A DNA stretch of 63,740 bases, the filler included, from Octopus bimaculoides (taxonomy: Eukaryota), in assembly GCF_001194135.2 (NCBI RefSeq). It is 7 parts of 7 records of this genome, joined end to end, with 100 filler letters (N's around TTAATTAATTAA, not from the genome) between each part and the next. Parts side by side here need not be neighbours in the genome. Positions count along the whole stretch, not along the records: positions 60,655 to 62,433 come from NW_026346127.1; positions 62,534 to 63,740 come from NC_068987.1; 5 more parts are not named here. One strand, written 5' to 3'. Of the stretch, positions 61,561 to 63,740 are shown in pieces; the first letter of the stretch is position 1; the number at the start of each line of letters is the position of its first letter. Under the pieces are notes generated by a model, which worked only from the letters and a program-made list of their open reading frames with translations, did no database searches and was not told the DNA's origin. A program made the translations under genes and the position numbers.

Positions 61561-62892
61561 AAAGGAGCTTTATTTGAAATTCGAAATTGTGAGACATACA
61601 AGACTGTTGCAGTGGAACTGAAAAAAGTAGACAAAAAGAAATGAACTAGTATCTCTTAGCTTTATGTCACCCTCATGTCTCAACNNNNNNNNNNAAGAAA
61701 TGAACTAGTATCTCTTAGCTTTATGTCACCCTCATGTCTCAACTTCAAAATGCTGGTAGGTTACCATCAAGCCATACTACTGATTGCTTGTATCTTAGAA
61801 AGATATAACCAATTATAATCAACGTGGCATTCAGATATTTCACTCCAGTCAGAAGATATGTTTATCAATGTGAGGAGAAGGGACAGGACTCATGAGCTTT
61901 GTAAACTCTTCTAGACATCATGTGTGGTTAATATATATTTTGAGCTTATATAAATTGATACTTGTTATTGGAAAAAACAAACATAATAGTGTACCTTAGA
62001 ATTGGGTTTGTAGTGAAAAGACATAGGGATTATGAAAGATGAGTGTGTTAAAGAGTGCTAGAAAGAGGAGCAGTAGGCAGTATGGAAGGTCTAATGTGCA
62101 GGAAGGAGTCACCGATTCCAAAATGTTAATAACTGAGTCTTTTACTACTCAGTTGAGTGGCCACGTTTTCTTTCTTTCTTTTGTTTTTTCGTGTAGATGT
62201 TTTCAAGGCAGTTTAACACCTCTTCTCATATGCATAAACATTTGTTTTTTTTGTTTAAAATTTTTTATTTTATTTTATTTTTTAAAACTTTTTTGCAAGT
62301 TTGAGTTTTCCATCAATGACTCAATTGACCATGTGCTAAAAACAGACACACTCACACGCACCCCTATCTAAATGTAGTGGTGATGGATCCTTAGACCATT
62401 GATTTCAACAATGAACATCCATCTGTTCATTCANNNNNNNNNNNNNNNNNNNNNNNNNNNNNNNNNNNNNNNNNNNNTTAATTAATTAANNNNNNNNNNN
62501 NNNNNNNNNNNNNNNNNNNNNNNNNNNNNNNNNGACTCCTGTTGTGAAACCCTGTGTTGAAACAGATACTGTTGTATCTCGGTACGGTCATTTTTTTGTT
62601 TAAATAAACACACGCACTATATATTCGTTCTTCACTCGTTTATTTCCGTTCTTATTGTAACTCATGTCGATTGTCCGGAAATCTTTCGCCACACATCTGT
62701 GACCTCTTTAGCGACACTTTCCGTCCTCGTGTGTGCTCCTGCTTCGCTTAGTCCATTCTCCCTAAGAATTATAGTGTAGGTGTTTATTTAGCCCCCTCCC
62801 CCCCAGACCGTCCAGAAATGTATATTGCACCAGCATGACCGCAGCCACTTGGCTGAAACACATAAATAAATAAATAAATACATATATATATA

Positions 62893-62992
62893 CAGTGTAC
62901 ATTTAAACACACAAGAAGTATCCGTTATAGGTTCCTTCTAGCGTGCAAGGAATCCTATGACGGATACCTCTTATGTGTTTAAATGTACACTG
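62893..62992. mobile_element. 100-bp palindromic Tc1/mariner-type MITE
   Basis: TA|CAGTGTACATTTAAACAC...GTGTTTAAATGTACACTG|TA; ~45-bp arms with about 4 differences. Confidence 0.85.
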
Positions 62993-63140
62993 TATTTATA
63001 TGAATAATATATACTCTATTGACAAATCTTTTGACACGCTAGGCCACTGGTAGTAAAAATTTCTGAAACTTTTTATTACCCTGATATTAATAATTATATA
63101 TATATATATAACGTCCTGTACCCTGATATGCATCTATATA

Positions 63141-63415
63141 CAGTGGCTCAGGAACGAAATTTGCTTAGGGGGCGCAAACCCAGGTCCAAAATTTTTTACA
63201 AATTTGGTCTTGTTTTTTTTTTTCTGTTATTAATTTTTGTGATTTGTTCTTTGAGAAGGAACCTAACTTCAAGGTACTTTTTACACATCACTATTTTATT
63301 CACGGTTTTGTAAACCTGAGTAAAATAAGTAGGGCTGCAAATTTTGGTTCTGCACTCCGCAAAAATTCTAGGGGGTGCACTTGCACCACCTGCACCCCCT
63401 GTTCCCGGGCCCATG
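63141..63415. mobile_element. hAT-type MITE
   Basis: 8-bp TSD TCTATATA at 63133-63140 and 63416-63423; imperfect TIRs CAGTGGCTCAGGAAC / GTTCCCGGGCCCATG. Confidence 0.8.
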
Positions 63416-63740
63416 TCTATATAGATTTTAAATTCTTGTTTGATTCACTTGTCTGTGGAACAACAGCATAGTCGAGATGATATGTTTTCTTCTCTTACTC
63501 TTGTTTTTTGCAAACATCCTTAAAATGACTTTATAAAATGAAATTCCATTATGCAGCTGAGGAGTACATTTTCATTATACATTCTGTGGTGTTCTCACCA
63601 CATGAATAAATGGAGCTTGTACGAAACGTACGTACTGCTATAACCTATTGAATTTTTGTTGCTTATCTTCAAATTTCTATATATACATGTAGATATAAGT
63701 ATGTACATATATGTGTGTATACATGCATATATATTCTTTG

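Overview
AT-rich, microsatellite-dense animal genomic DNA with many assembly gaps. The SINE, Penelope and RTE repeat landscape strongly resembles an octopus (cephalopod) genome; this is inferred from repeat recognition, not from a search. I find no intact host gene, rRNA, true tRNA gene or CRISPR array. The window is a mosaic of transposon remnants: (1) a near full-length but inactivated Penelope-like element with direct pseudo-LTRs (~9.7-14.5 kb) plus several Penelope fragments, several carrying minimal hammerhead-ribozyme motifs; (2) RTE-type LINE pieces; (3) restriction-like-endonuclease (R4/Dong/HERO-like) non-LTR elements stacked on (AAT)n tracts; (4) a Tx1/L1-like 3' end; (5) an internally deleted Ty3/Gypsy element with two LTRs and two related solo LTRs; (6) Tc1/mariner fragments, hAT and Tc1 MITEs with target-site duplications; (7) four tRNA-SINE or SINE-like families. 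The most interesting observations are the hammerhead motifs (some with non-canonical cores), a 1.1 kb fold-back palindrome with a hairpin junction, and an LTR packed with YY1/NRF1/ETS-like motifs. A few isolated exon-like segments are speculative. Most entries in the ORF track are microsatellite or N-gap artefacts. I see no convincing evidence of a new multi-gene biological system.
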